Shown here piece after piece: positions 40,660-49,418 of a stretch of 64,000 nucleotides of DNA (position 1 is the stretch's first letter; each line of letters opens with the position of its first letter). The stretch is taken from NCBI GenBank assembly GCA_965242865.1, contig CBDETK010000013.1, positions 2,784,001-2,848,000 on the forward strand, given 5' to 3'. Origin of the DNA: Candidatus Latescibacterota bacterium. GTDB taxonomy: Bacteria > Latescibacterota > UBA2968 > UBA8231. The translations under genes were made by a program, and so were the position numbers. The notes beneath the pieces are model-generated. The model did no database searches, was not told the DNA's origin, and was given only the letters and a program-made list of their open reading frames with translations.

Positions 40660-40947
40660 TTACGGGAGCTTATACAGAATCACGCCGATGGTCGATAGCC
40701 AACTGGTGAACAACAGGCCGAGAAACCAATTCATGCGCCGGTCTAGGCTCTCGATCTTGCGTTCGATGGCGTCAAAGCGGGAGGCGGTGTTTTTCTCGGA
40801 GCTTTCGATCAGAGCGGTCGTGCTCCTCTCGGAGCTTTCGATCTGGCGTTCAACGATGTCAAAGCGGTGGTTATTCTGCTCAATGAGCGTCTCCAAGCGG
40901 GCCAAGGCGATGTCGTGTTGGTGAACTTTGGTTTCAACTTCGTTCAT
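40660..40947 (-). CDS. Small coiled-coil protein with C-terminal TM helix
   Basis: IESSE repeat, RFDAIERKIESLDRR, WFLGLLFTSWLSTIGVIL; AAGGAG RBS. Confidence 0.7.
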   Translation of the reverse strand: MNEVETKVHQHDIALARLETLIEQNNHRFDIVERQIESSERSTTALIESSEKNTASRFDAIERKIESLDRRMNWFLGLLFTSWLSTIGVILYKLP

Positions 40948-41105
40948 AAGACTTCTCCTTTCGCATTCGCGGGTGGGCCGTGCTCGTCCATTACCAAGAA
41001 AATAACGGCTGTGCTTCTAATTGCAAAAATTGACTTGCTGTCCGAGCTTTCGCCGGTGCGCTGGATAACCGACAAACAGGGAGTAGCCGTGGAGGACCAA
41101 GGGTA

Positions 41106-42434
41106 ATGTTCGTCGAAGGCTATACCGACCAGCTCAGCTACCGGGCTGGTGAGCAAGTGCGCTTTCACGTGGCTTCCAGCGCGGGCGAGTACGCGCTGGA
41201 AGTGGCGCGGATCGGGGCCGAGCGCGAAGTGATGTGGCGGCAGGATCGGCTGCCGGGGGCGGCCCATCCCGTGCCAGAGGACGCTTCGTCCAATGGCTGC
41301 GGCTGGCCGGTTTCCTGCGCGTTGGAAGTGCCCGACGACTGGCGCAGCGGGTATTACGAGTTTGTGCTGCGGGTCGAGGACCAAGGCGGCAAGTTCGTGC
41401 GGCGCAGGCAGCGCACGGCCGAGAGCCGGGGCTTTTTTATCGTCCGTCCCACCGGCCCCACCGACGCCCGCATCCTCCTCCAGCTAGCCACCAACACGTA
41501 CAACGCGTACAACAACTGGGGCGGCTACAGCCTCTACGGCTATCACGGGCGCGGCGGCTTGCAGGGGCATCGCGTCTCCTTCGACCGTCCGCTGGCCGGG
41601 TTTTTCGACCGCTGGGAGCGCGCCTTTGTCGAGTGGGCGGAGGCGGCTGGATACGCGCTCGACTACTGCGCCAATTCCGATCTCGAATGGCATCCCGAAC
41701 TGTTGGACAACTACCGGCTCGTGCTCAGCGTGGGGCACGACGAATACTGGTCCGGGCCGATGCGCGACCACCTCGAAGCCGCGGTCGCCGCTGGAGTCAA
41801 TGCCGCGTTTTTTAGCGGCAACTCCGTGTGCTGGCAGGTTCGCAGTGAGGACCAGGGCCGGGCGTTGGTGTGCTGGAAGCAACAGTTCAACATGGACCCG
41901 GCCTACGCGGCCAGAGAGTACGCGAATCTTTCGACGTTGTGGAGCCACCACCTCGTGGGCCGGCCGGAAAACGAGCTGACCGGCGTCGGCTTCCTCTACG
42001 GGGGTTATCACTTGAGCCACGGGCAATACATGGACGGGGACGGGGCGTTTGTAGTCCATCGCCCGGAGCACTGGGTCTTTGCCGGGACGGGCTTGCAGCG
42101 GGGCGATAGCTTCGGGGGCGAGCACACCATCGTCGGCTATGAGTGCGATGGCTGCGAGTACGCGCTGGAAAATGGGCTGCCGGTGCCCAAGGGGACCGAT
42201 GGCACCCCGACGGACTTTACCATTTTGTGTACGGCCTCGGCGCGGTGGCACCCGGACGACAGCGAGTGGTACGAGCGCTGGGAAAAGGGTCGGGAGGGCG
42301 CCGCGGTCATGGGCCTTTATACGCGCCGCGGCACGGTGTTCACGGCCGGGACGACCGACTGGTCGCACGGGCTGAAGGGAAACGCAGCCGTCGCCCAGAT
42401 CACCCGCAATGTCCTTGATCGGCTGAGCCGGTAG
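41106..42434 (+). CDS. N,N-dimethylformamidase large-subunit-like (DUF6605) protein
   Basis: EGYTDQLSY..G, NTYNAYNNWGGYSLY, VSFDRP, SVGHDEYWS, GYECD, TVFTAGT..W. Confidence 0.8.
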   Translation: MFVEGYTDQLSYRAGEQVRFHVASSAGEYALEVARIGAEREVMWRQDRLPGAAHPVPEDASSNGCGWPVSCALEVPDDWRSGYYEFVLRVEDQGGKFVRRRQRTAESRGFFIVRPTGPTDARILLQLATNTYNAYNNWGGYSLYGYHGRGGLQGHRVSFDRPLAGFFDRWERAFVEWAEAAGYALDYCANSDLEWHPELLDNYRLVLSVGHDEYWSGPMRDHLEAAVAAGVNAAFFSGNSVCWQVRSEDQGRALVCWKQQFNMDPAYAAREYANLSTLWSHHLVGRPENELTGVGFLYGGYHLSHGQYMDGDGAFVVHRPEHWVFAGTGLQRGDSFGGEHTIVGYECDGCEYALENGLPVPKGTDGTPTDFTILCTASARWHPDDSEWYERWEKGREGAAVMGLYTRRGTVFTAGTTDWSHGLKGNAAVAQITRNVLDRLSR

Positions 42435-43305
42435 TGGGTGCGGCCCACTTTTCCCGTTCCCACTGCTTTTGCCCGATCCGCTCGACGTAAGCCGCTCCCC
42501 TGTGCTCGGTCAGCCAGCCCTTGAGGGGAACATCCGCATCTGTTGGCTGCCACCAGCCTTTGACATCTACCCCATCGCCGAGCAATTGCCGGCATATTGG
42601 GCTGCATTTGTCGAGGATTTCAGCGGGCATCAGGTTGTAGTCGAGGCCGCGCAGCCAGCGGTAACTATATCCCAAAAACAGCACTTTCCGGGTCATTTCC
42701 GAGGTATTGATCCCGCGTACGTGCCACATCCGTCGGTCAAACAGCACGGCCGTTCCCGCCTTCACCTGAAGCTGCATGGCATCGGCAAAATCGGGCGGAT
42801 GATCCCGCTTGTGACTTTCCGGGACGATCCGAATCCCCCCTCTGTCCGGCTCGCTGATGTCGGTCAACCAGAATCCCACCTTTAGAGACAACCTCGGTTG
42901 GGGACGCTCCATTTCGGGGACTGGCCGGCCGCCATCTTGGTGCCATCCTCCGGGCTTTAGCTCGGTGCTGTTCTTGGATTCGGGCGGGTAGTAAATCAAG
43001 TGCGAGATATAGTGTTGGATGTTCCAGCCGAGAATGTCCCAGATCAGGGGAAAGGTTTTGGGCCAATCGAGCAGCTCGAGAAAAACATCGTCCTCGACAA
43101 TGGTCCTGAACTTCGTCATCAAGGCGTTGGGTGCCAGGCCACGCGCCGCCCTTTCTTGGGCATCGACGCGATCGCCGGCTTCCAGCAACCGGCCCAGCAT
43201 GTCCTCGTCGAGCGCGTCCTCGATGATCAAGTAGCCCTGCTGATCAAAATGGTCGCGCTGGGCATCGGTCATGCAGTACTGCAAGCAACTTGGGTCCATG
43301 AGCAT
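42400..43305 (-). CDS. Phytanoyl-CoA dioxygenase (PhyH) family protein
   Basis: F..QGYLIIEDAL, WHQD, WLTD, IVPESH, AGTAVLFD.RMWH. Confidence 0.85.
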   Translation of the reverse strand: MLMDPSCLQYCMTDAQRDHFDQQGYLIIEDALDEDMLGRLLEAGDRVDAQERAARGLAPNALMTKFRTIVEDDVFLELLDWPKTFPLIWDILGWNIQHYISHLIYYPPESKNSTELKPGGWHQDGGRPVPEMERPQPRLSLKVGFWLTDISEPDRGGIRIVPESHKRDHPPDFADAMQLQVKAGTAVLFDRRMWHVRGINTSEMTRKVLFLGYSYRWLRGLDYNLMPAEILDKCSPICRQLLGDGVDVKGWWQPTDADVPLKGWLTEHRGAAYVERIGQKQWEREKWAAPTTGSADQGHCG

Positions 43306-43863
43306 TACCTCTCGGAATTTGGTTCAGCTAATGTAGAAATCTCGTGCCGCCGAACCTCGCCGGTCCCAACGAGTTGCGACAGTAGCCGATGGTTCTGCCG
43401 TTCGTACCGAACCTTACCCGCAATAATCGCCGGATGCACCTGCAACGCGCTCGCCAGATTCATCATCGCCGTAGCGGTCGGCCGATGTCTCGTCAAGTGC
43501 TGCGCCCGGCTGCCGTAGAAGCACATCCGCTGGAATCCCGAGATGCGCGTGGAGGGCACGCGCCATCGGCATCGTGATAGCCCGCTTGCCGGAAAGAACT
43601 TCCGACACTTTCGCCCAGCTCCCGATAAAAGGGATCAGGTCGCACGGCTTCAGGCCTCCCTGCTCCATGCGGAATTCAATGGCCGAGAGGGGGCTTGGAT
43701 ACCCCATTGGCTCGTGCTTGCTCTCATACAACTCGACTAGATCAACCAGAACATCTAACTCGTCCCCCTCCGGGCTACCGTGAGCCGCATCTATAAGTTC
43801 GTCGACTCGGGCTAGTGCGGCTTCGTAGTCCTGCTCAGTCCGAATTGGCTTGACATTCGCCAT
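43305..43863 (-). pseudogene. higA: HigA-type HTH antitoxin, formerly fused to an ImmA/IrrE-like domain (internal deletion)
   Basis: KPIRTEQDYEAAL...IG..AKVSEVLSGKR.IT..MARALH..LGIPADVL, then a frame switch near 43490 to LA..LQVHPAIIAGKVRYE.QN.RLLSQ.VG.GEVR. Confidence 0.72.
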
Positions 43864-43865
43864 CT

Positions 43866-44159
43866 CTAAACCTCCTTCGCGTCCACGGCATTATATGCGG
43901 CGTGTGTACCTACGAAGCGCACATAGACGACGCGGTACTCGTAGTTGATTTCCGCCACAAGCCGGTAGTCGTTGCCCTTGATATTGAAGACCACCCGGTT
44001 GCCACCAACGATGCTGGCGTTGCAGTACTTCGCTTTTACCTTTGCCGGCGTATCCCAATTTTCTTGTTTGACCTCCCGATACCAAGCGAGAAGCGGCTCT
44101 TTGGCGTTCGGGTACCGCTCCCAGAACTCCCGGAGTGCTCTCTTGGCGATAATCCGCAT
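43866..44159 (-). CDS. higB: HigB family toxin (mRNA interferase)
   Basis: MRIIAKRALREFWE, L.AWY, RVVFNIKGNDYRL, FVGTHA.Y. Confidence 0.93.
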   Translation of the reverse strand: MRIIAKRALREFWERYPNAKEPLLAWYREVKQENWDTPAKVKAKYCNASIVGGNRVVFNIKGNDYRLVAEINYEYRVVYVRFVGTHAAYNAVDAKEV

Positions 44160-44304
44160 GGGTCCTACGCCGTTATCGTTTTGACTCTAAGTAATTATGA
44201 TCCAAAAAGGGAACAATTTTGGAAATTAGTACTCGGCGGGCTGAACGTCAAACAAGCCATTAGGAACTCAAGTGCCGTGAGGTGCCTAATTTACCCCGGC
44301 AACC

Positions 44305-45003
44305 CTACCTCCCCCACTCCTCTTTCGGCACTTCCGAATAATCCTGCGGCTCGTACCCAATGGCCCTTTTGCCGTGTTCGACATCGTAGAGCGGCCAGTT
44401 GCTGCCCGACACCCCAAAGACGATTGCAAACTTTACGCCCGGATGGACTAGGGCCTGCTCAAAAACCCGCACGCAATCGCCGTGGCTGAGATGGTGTGGG
44501 TGCTCGGGTTGGTCGCGCTCGAGGTTGAAGTTGCCGATGCGGACGCAGACAAATTCCATGTCGTGCTGGTGGGCAAAAGAGTGGGCTAGGGCCTCGCCGA
44601 AGATCTTGCTGACCGTGTAGATGCCCACCGGGGTGGTAGGCAGCTCGACTGTGCGGTGGATGCTGCGCGGGTAGAGGCTCAAGACCCCAGCGCGGCTGGC
44701 GTACGCAACGCGCTTGACGCCGTTTTGGCGAGCGGCCTCAAAGACGTTGTACGTACCGATGAAGTTGCCCTGCAGCATAGGCTCCCACTCGCTGCCGCCG
44801 GGCAAGCCGCCAATGTGGGCAATGGCATCCACGCCGTGCGTGGCTTCTAACACAGCGTCGAAGTCGGCGAGATCGGAGACGACCGCATCGGCGAGGTCGG
44901 GCATGGGGACGCGGTCGTGGCCGCGCACTTGGTGGCGCACTTGCAGGCCGCGAGCTACGGTGGAGCCGACGCGGCCGGCCGCGCCGGTTACGAGGACGCG
45001 CAT
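44305..45003 (-). CDS. NAD-dependent epimerase/dehydrogenase (uronate dehydrogenase-like)
   Basis: VLVTGAAGRVG, N..GTYNVFEAA, YTVSK, VRIG. Confidence 0.85.
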   Translation of the reverse strand: MRVLVTGAAGRVGSTVARGLQVRHQVRGHDRVPMPDLADAVVSDLADFDAVLEATHGVDAIAHIGGLPGGSEWEPMLQGNFIGTYNVFEAARQNGVKRVAYASRAGVLSLYPRSIHRTVELPTTPVGIYTVSKIFGEALAHSFAHQHDMEFVCVRIGNFNLERDQPEHPHHLSHGDCVRVFEQALVHPGVKFAIVFGVSGSNWPLYDVEHGKRAIGYEPQDYSEVPKEEWGR

Positions 45004-45043
45004 GGTAGGTTCCTTTCTTTAATCTTTAAGGTTGGCGTAGGGA

Positions 45044-48000
45044 TCAGCTCGCCTCGCGTTGAGCACCCAAGCACCACCATAGGCCGCAGACGAGCCCAAG
45101 CACCAGCAGCAAGAGGATGCCGGCTTGGACCTGATAGGCCGGGGCCGACAGCGCAGCCAAGCTCTCGACCTCCGAGAGCACCGAGGCAAACCCCAGTAAC
45201 ACGTAGGCGAGCAGGTTGTTCCGCAAGATCAAGACGATGGCAGCGACGGTGAAGCCCACCGTGGAGACAAACGTCAGCAGTTCAAAGAGGAACTCGTCGA
45301 AGTAGATGGCATTGCTGCCGGACAGAATCAAGCCCGCCCCTAATCCCGCCACGACTACGTAGAGCCTCCTTTTTATGACGACGCGGCTGTAGTAGAGCAC
45401 CAACCCCGCGAGAATCGGGGCGAATATGGCCCCGGTTACGCCGTCGGACAGGGGGTTCAAAAAGGGCAAGTACTGATCCAACCCAGAAGGCAGCCCAAAG
45501 CCGAGGCTCGGGTCGGAGGCGATGAAGCGGCTCTCGACGTAGCCGCGCACGTGTTGCCACGCCGCTTTGGCGACGAGGACCAGCGCGACCCCGACGACCG
45601 CGTCGCGGAATTCAGGCACGCGCCGCGCCGACCGCAAGCGCGTCGGCCAGTCTGGATAGAGGCTGGTAGCCAAACCGAGGGCCGCGAGCATCACCAAGCC
45701 GACCCCCAAACTGCCTAGGACCATGCTGAGAATCTGGGTAATGGTGAAGATCGACAGGGTGAGGCGGGTATCGTAGGCGCGCTCGATAACCGACAGGCCA
45801 TTGATGAGGTCGAGTAACCAAAAGGCCGCGACGACCGCGGCGATTTTGACCAGCGGCCCCCAAGCGATGCCCTCGTTCCGCACGCAGCGCACGAGCAGCC
45901 ACAGGCCGTGCAGGACCACGGCGACCACTAAGACGATGAACAGGCCGGAAAGCGCGGTTTTGAGCGTGGTGCTCTCCCGGTACTCGCGCGCCCAAGCCTC
46001 GGGGACATGGAGGAAGCGATAGATAGCAACCGGCTCGTCGCCAGCTACGGTGACCCGCACTCGATAGCGCAACTCATCCACGTTGCGCTCGCTGCCCTCA
46101 GCCGCCTCAAAGACCAAGCGGTGGTCGCGGCGGTTGGGGAGCTTTTCCGTGGAGGACTCCTTCAGCACCAAGCCCTCGGGATCGAGGCCGAAGGAACGCA
46201 AGTGCTCGACCGCGATCGCGCGGGCTTGGGCTTCGCTGAGGTCCGCGCCTGCGGCTTCTTCGGCCAACAGGTGGTTTATGCTGTAGAGTGAGCCATCGGC
46301 TGGATGGATGGCGACCTTGTATTCCTCCTTTTCGCCGTAGCGGAAAAAGCGCGTCACCCACAAGCTGGCCAACAGCTCGTCTCGGTATAGGCGGTTGACG
46401 ACGGCCACGGAGTCGCGCTCTAAGATGTAGCGGACCGCCATGGCGTTGGGTTGATTTTGATAGTACGTGACCACCTCGTATCCCGCGGCATCCGCGCCAG
46501 TCGCCTCTAAGTACGCGATGGCCTGGGCCTCGGCCTCGGCTTGAGTCAGGTGGACATCGACAAAGTCGAGCGGCTTTTCGTAGTCGAGGGCAAAAAAGCC
46601 CAGCGAGGCCACGACCACGGCCACGGCCCAACCGAGGCGGCGCTTGGACAGCGGGGTATAGGCAACCGCCGGGGCGGCGGGCTGTTGTGCTGTGGGTTGA
46701 TCCGCATCGGCTTTGGGAACGGCGGGGGCCGCGCTTTGGTTGAGCAAGGGCGTTGGGTCCGCAAAGCGGCGCTGCCGCAGGTAGAGGACGATAGCCACCG
46801 CCAAGGGCAGGATCATGAGGCCAGCGGACAAGGCCGCTGAAACGACGAAGTAGCTGTTGGACGAGCGAAAGAGGATTAGGGATGTGTACAGGGCGTCCAC
46901 CGTGTAGTGCCATACGAGCGGGGCGAGAATCCCCCAGCGCAGAAAAATATAGCCGACGACAATGCCGATGATTCCCACCTCAATGCCGCGAATGTAAAAA
47001 GGCTGTTGCGGGTAGCCGGCATGAGCGAATCCCCAGATCAGAGCCGCAACAAAGACCGCGGCCCAGCGCGCCTTGAGGTATTTGTGGAGGAAGGGAATCG
47101 AAAAGGCCCGAGAGATAAACTCCTCAGAGACTGCGGGCATAAAGCCGATCAACAGCACCATGATCCAAGGGATGTACGTGTTGACCATTTCGCTGTAGGG
47201 GATGTCGGCCGGGCTCCAAGCCCCGAATTGCTCGGCTGTGGTGTAAAAGAGGACTTGGTAGGCCAAAAAGGCGGGCGTCATGGCCAAGCCGAGCGTGGTG
47301 CCGAGGAGAAAGCGCTTGGTGCGCAGGCCCGCTGGCGTAAACTGGCCCCCGATCTGGATTTGGTTGGCGTAGTAGCGTCGGTACAGCGGCTCGGCCGCGG
47401 CCGTCAGAAAGAAAATGAGGATGCCTTGGCCGACCGCGGCAAACAGGCTGTTGAGCAGTTGCCCGGTCACAAAAGACCCGTAGGTGTCGGTGGTGTCGTA
47501 GCTAAACGAGGTCAGCGGCAGGTTGTTGAGCTCGGCCAGCAGGGTTAGGACCGCGGCAATGGCCCCGAAGACCGCCGCGGTTTTCCAGCGGATGTCGCGG
47601 GCGCGGACGCCGCCAAAGAACGAAATTAGCATCGCCAGCACGGTCAGAACGAGGGCGGTCATAGCCACCAAGCCCGTGGTCTCGTTGCGAGACCGCAGCT
47701 CGGCGTAGTCGCGCTGCCAAGCCTCGGGGACTTTGAGATATTCGCCAAAGCCGCCGATCTGGTCACCTTGCAGGCGCACGTAGAAGCGGTAGTGGGCCTC
47801 GCCAACGGCGAAGTCGCGCAGCTTCCAGCTAAAGGTGTAGTCCGTGCGGTTGGGCCGCTCCTGAGCCTGCGCTTCTACAAACTCGAGCGCGGCGAGCGTC
47901 CGCCCGAGCTCGTCCGTGAGAAAGGTCTCGGCCAAGCGGCGGGCTTGGGCTTCTTCGAGGTGTGCGCCGGGCGTTTCTTCCTCAATGAGATGGGTAAAAC

Positions 48001-48388
48001 TGACGAGCTCGCCAGCCGTTGTAACCGCGGCTTTGAACTCCTCCTTTTCCTGCTCCCGCACCCAGCGGTGGCTCCAGCGCCACAACTGCACTGGATTGCC
48101 GATGACCTGCGTGGCCCCTTCGAGACCGAGCTCGCGCTCGAGGAAGGTCTTGGCTTGGTCGTCGTAGCGAAAAATGGCGCTGTGGCGGTAGGCGGTGAGG
48201 TCAAAGCCGCGGCCCGCGAGAAAATCAGCGGCCTGCTCTTTTGCTTCGTCGCGGGTGACGCGGAAGTCGATGGAGGCTTCGGGAAAGGCGCGATAGAAGT
48301 AGTGGACTCCAACGGCCAAACTAACCGCGGCCACGAGCAAGCAGCCGCCGATGAAGGCGAGGTCTTTTCTCGTTAGCTTTGTTTCCAT
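45044..48388 (-). CDS. Large CPBP (CAAX/Abi) family intramembrane metalloprotease
   Basis: EEFISR, WGFAH, HYTVD motifs in a TM core flanked by two similar extracytoplasmic/TM modules. Confidence 0.78.
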   Translation of the reverse strand: METKLTRKDLAFIGGCLLVAAVSLAVGVHYFYRAFPEASIDFRVTRDEAKEQAADFLAGRGFDLTAYRHSAIFRYDDQAKTFLERELGLEGATQVIGNPVQLWRWSHRWVREQEKEEFKAAVTTAGELVSFTHLIEEETPGAHLEEAQARRLAETFLTDELGRTLAALEFVEAQAQERPNRTDYTFSWKLRDFAVGEAHYRFYVRLQGDQIGGFGEYLKVPEAWQRDYAELRSRNETTGLVAMTALVLTVLAMLISFFGGVRARDIRWKTAAVFGAIAAVLTLLAELNNLPLTSFSYDTTDTYGSFVTGQLLNSLFAAVGQGILIFFLTAAAEPLYRRYYANQIQIGGQFTPAGLRTKRFLLGTTLGLAMTPAFLAYQVLFYTTAEQFGAWSPADIPYSEMVNTYIPWIMVLLIGFMPAVSEEFISRAFSIPFLHKYLKARWAAVFVAALIWGFAHAGYPQQPFYIRGIEVGIIGIVVGYIFLRWGILAPLVWHYTVDALYTSLILFRSSNSYFVVSAALSAGLMILPLAVAIVLYLRQRRFADPTPLLNQSAAPAVPKADADQPTAQQPAAPAVAYTPLSKRRLGWAVAVVVASLGFFALDYEKPLDFVDVHLTQAEAEAQAIAYLEATGADAAGYEVVTYYQNQPNAMAVRYILERDSVAVVNRLYRDELLASLWVTRFFRYGEKEEYKVAIHPADGSLYSINHLLAEEAAGADLSEAQARAIAVEHLRSFGLDPEGLVLKESSTEKLPNRRDHRLVFEAAEGSERNVDELRYRVRVTVAGDEPVAIYRFLHVPEAWAREYRESTTLKTALSGLFIVLVVAVVLHGLWLLVRCVRNEGIAWGPLVKIAAVVAAFWLLDLINGLSVIERAYDTRLTLSIFTITQILSMVLGSLGVGLVMLAALGLATSLYPDWPTRLRSARRVPEFRDAVVGVALVLVAKAAWQHVRGYVESRFIASDPSLGFGLPSGLDQYLPFLNPLSDGVTGAIFAPILAGLVLYYSRVVIKRRLYVVVAGLGAGLILSGSNAIYFDEFLFELLTFVSTVGFTVAAIVLILRNNLLAYVLLGFASVLSEVESLAALSAPAYQVQAGILLLLVLGLVCGLWWCLGAQREAS

Positions 48389-48518
48389 CGGTCGCGTGGG
48401 GTTTGAGTTGTGGGGAGACCAATTCTGTCGCGCTTAACATAGCAAAAGACGGAGAAGCGAGCGAGCAGTCGCGTTGACGCGCCCAGCGGCGTTTTGCAGA
48501 TTCGCGGCTTCAAACCGT

Positions 48519-48684
48519 TAGAAGCGGTCTGCAAATTCTGGTGGTCGTCCCTTGCGTCTAAACGATCCCGGCTGGATTCCCGCCCCGTGTCGGAGCACGG
48601 GGTGACGTTCTTTCGCGGAAAAGACGAAGACCGGCTCTACGGCTCGTTTAACACGCCCCAAGGGGGGTTCTCAGACAGCCTTTA
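48519..48684. mobile_element. Putative MITE with imperfect terminal inverted repeats and an internal nested palindrome
   Basis: Left TAGAAGCGGTCTG and right CAGACAGCCTTTA match at 10/13; a second right end lies at 7868-7927. Confidence 0.55.
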
Positions 48685-48739
48685 AGAAAGGGGCTGTGAA
48701 ATTCTTGAGCTGACATCAAAACAGATTGCACAATCGCGC

Positions 48740-48931
48740 GTGATCGCCAAAGGCAACCGCATTCGCGATGTGCAACGTTTGGTTCACACGTATGGTGGTC
48801 GCGCATCGAGATGGGCCAAAAAGAGCAGTCCCCGTTTTGAAATTGCTGGGCATCAATACGAAATTCACTGGTATGAACATCCCAATATCGGTCGCGTTGA
48901 GCTGAAACAAAAACGAGTTGATTCGCTATGA
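48740..48931 (+). CDS. Small basic hypothetical protein (toxin-like); 5' end uncertain
   Basis: IAKG..IRD..RL..TYG...W.KK...EIHWYE...IG..ELK.K; frame is open about 18 codons further upstream. Confidence 0.6.
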   Translation: MIAKGNRIRDVQRLVHTYGGRASRWAKKSSPRFEIAGHQYEIHWYEHPNIGRVELKQKRVDSL

Positions 48932-49263
48932 TCGTCCAATTTAGAGAACAAAATATCGCCCATCCCGATCTCACCCCCAATCAACATTACATTGTAATTG
49001 GGATAGAAGCCGATGACTTTCGGATCTTGAACGATGCGGGCAGGCCCTTTCTCTATGATGCTTCGTTTTTTGCGGTGATCGATCCCACTGAGCCTGACGA
49101 TTGGGTCACAGAGATTGGCACAGATGGCGAGCGTTATGCCTATCCATGGCCGTTAAATTCAGTTGGTTTTTTTGAGGATTTTTTTAACGGCGAGAAAAGC
49201 GCGATTGTCACATTCTGGCAGGTTGTCAATCATCAACTTGCTGCTGCCTCAGAGACCAGCTAG
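48928..49263 (+). CDS. Small acidic hypothetical protein (immunity/antitoxin-like)
   Basis: LT....Y.VIGIE.D.FRILND.G.PFLY....F..ID; ATGA coupling to the upstream ORF. Confidence 0.68.
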   Translation: MIVQFREQNIAHPDLTPNQHYIVIGIEADDFRILNDAGRPFLYDASFFAVIDPTEPDDWVTEIGTDGERYAYPWPLNSVGFFEDFFNGEKSAIVTFWQVVNHQLAAASETS

Positions 49264-49418
49264 TGAACGGCTACAAGCGGCATTCCGCCGCCCCGGTCTA
49301 GGCTTTTTTGTGCGCTCGGGCGGCCTAGGCTCCCGAATCCGGCCAGCGGCTTGGCGTTGACGCGCCCAGCGGCGTTTTGCAGATTCGCGGCTTCAAACCT
49401 TTAACAGAGGAGCACGTT

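Larger units (their letters stand above)
48471..49399 (+). repeat. 46-bp perfect direct repeats (promoter-like) flanking an insertion
   Basis: GCGTTGACGCGCCCAGCGGCGTTTTGCAGATTCGCGGCTTCAAACC at 48471-48516 and 49354-49399. Confidence 0.92.

Noticed and set aside
45044-48388. CPBP 'Abi' protease as an abortive-infection gene
   Set aside because: The Abi label for this family is not evidence of defence; context and GC content are backbone-like.
16315-49399. Integron array or prophage explanation for the cassettes
   Set aside because: No intI, no shared attC-like sites and no phage structural genes; the flanking repeats differ in sequence and length.
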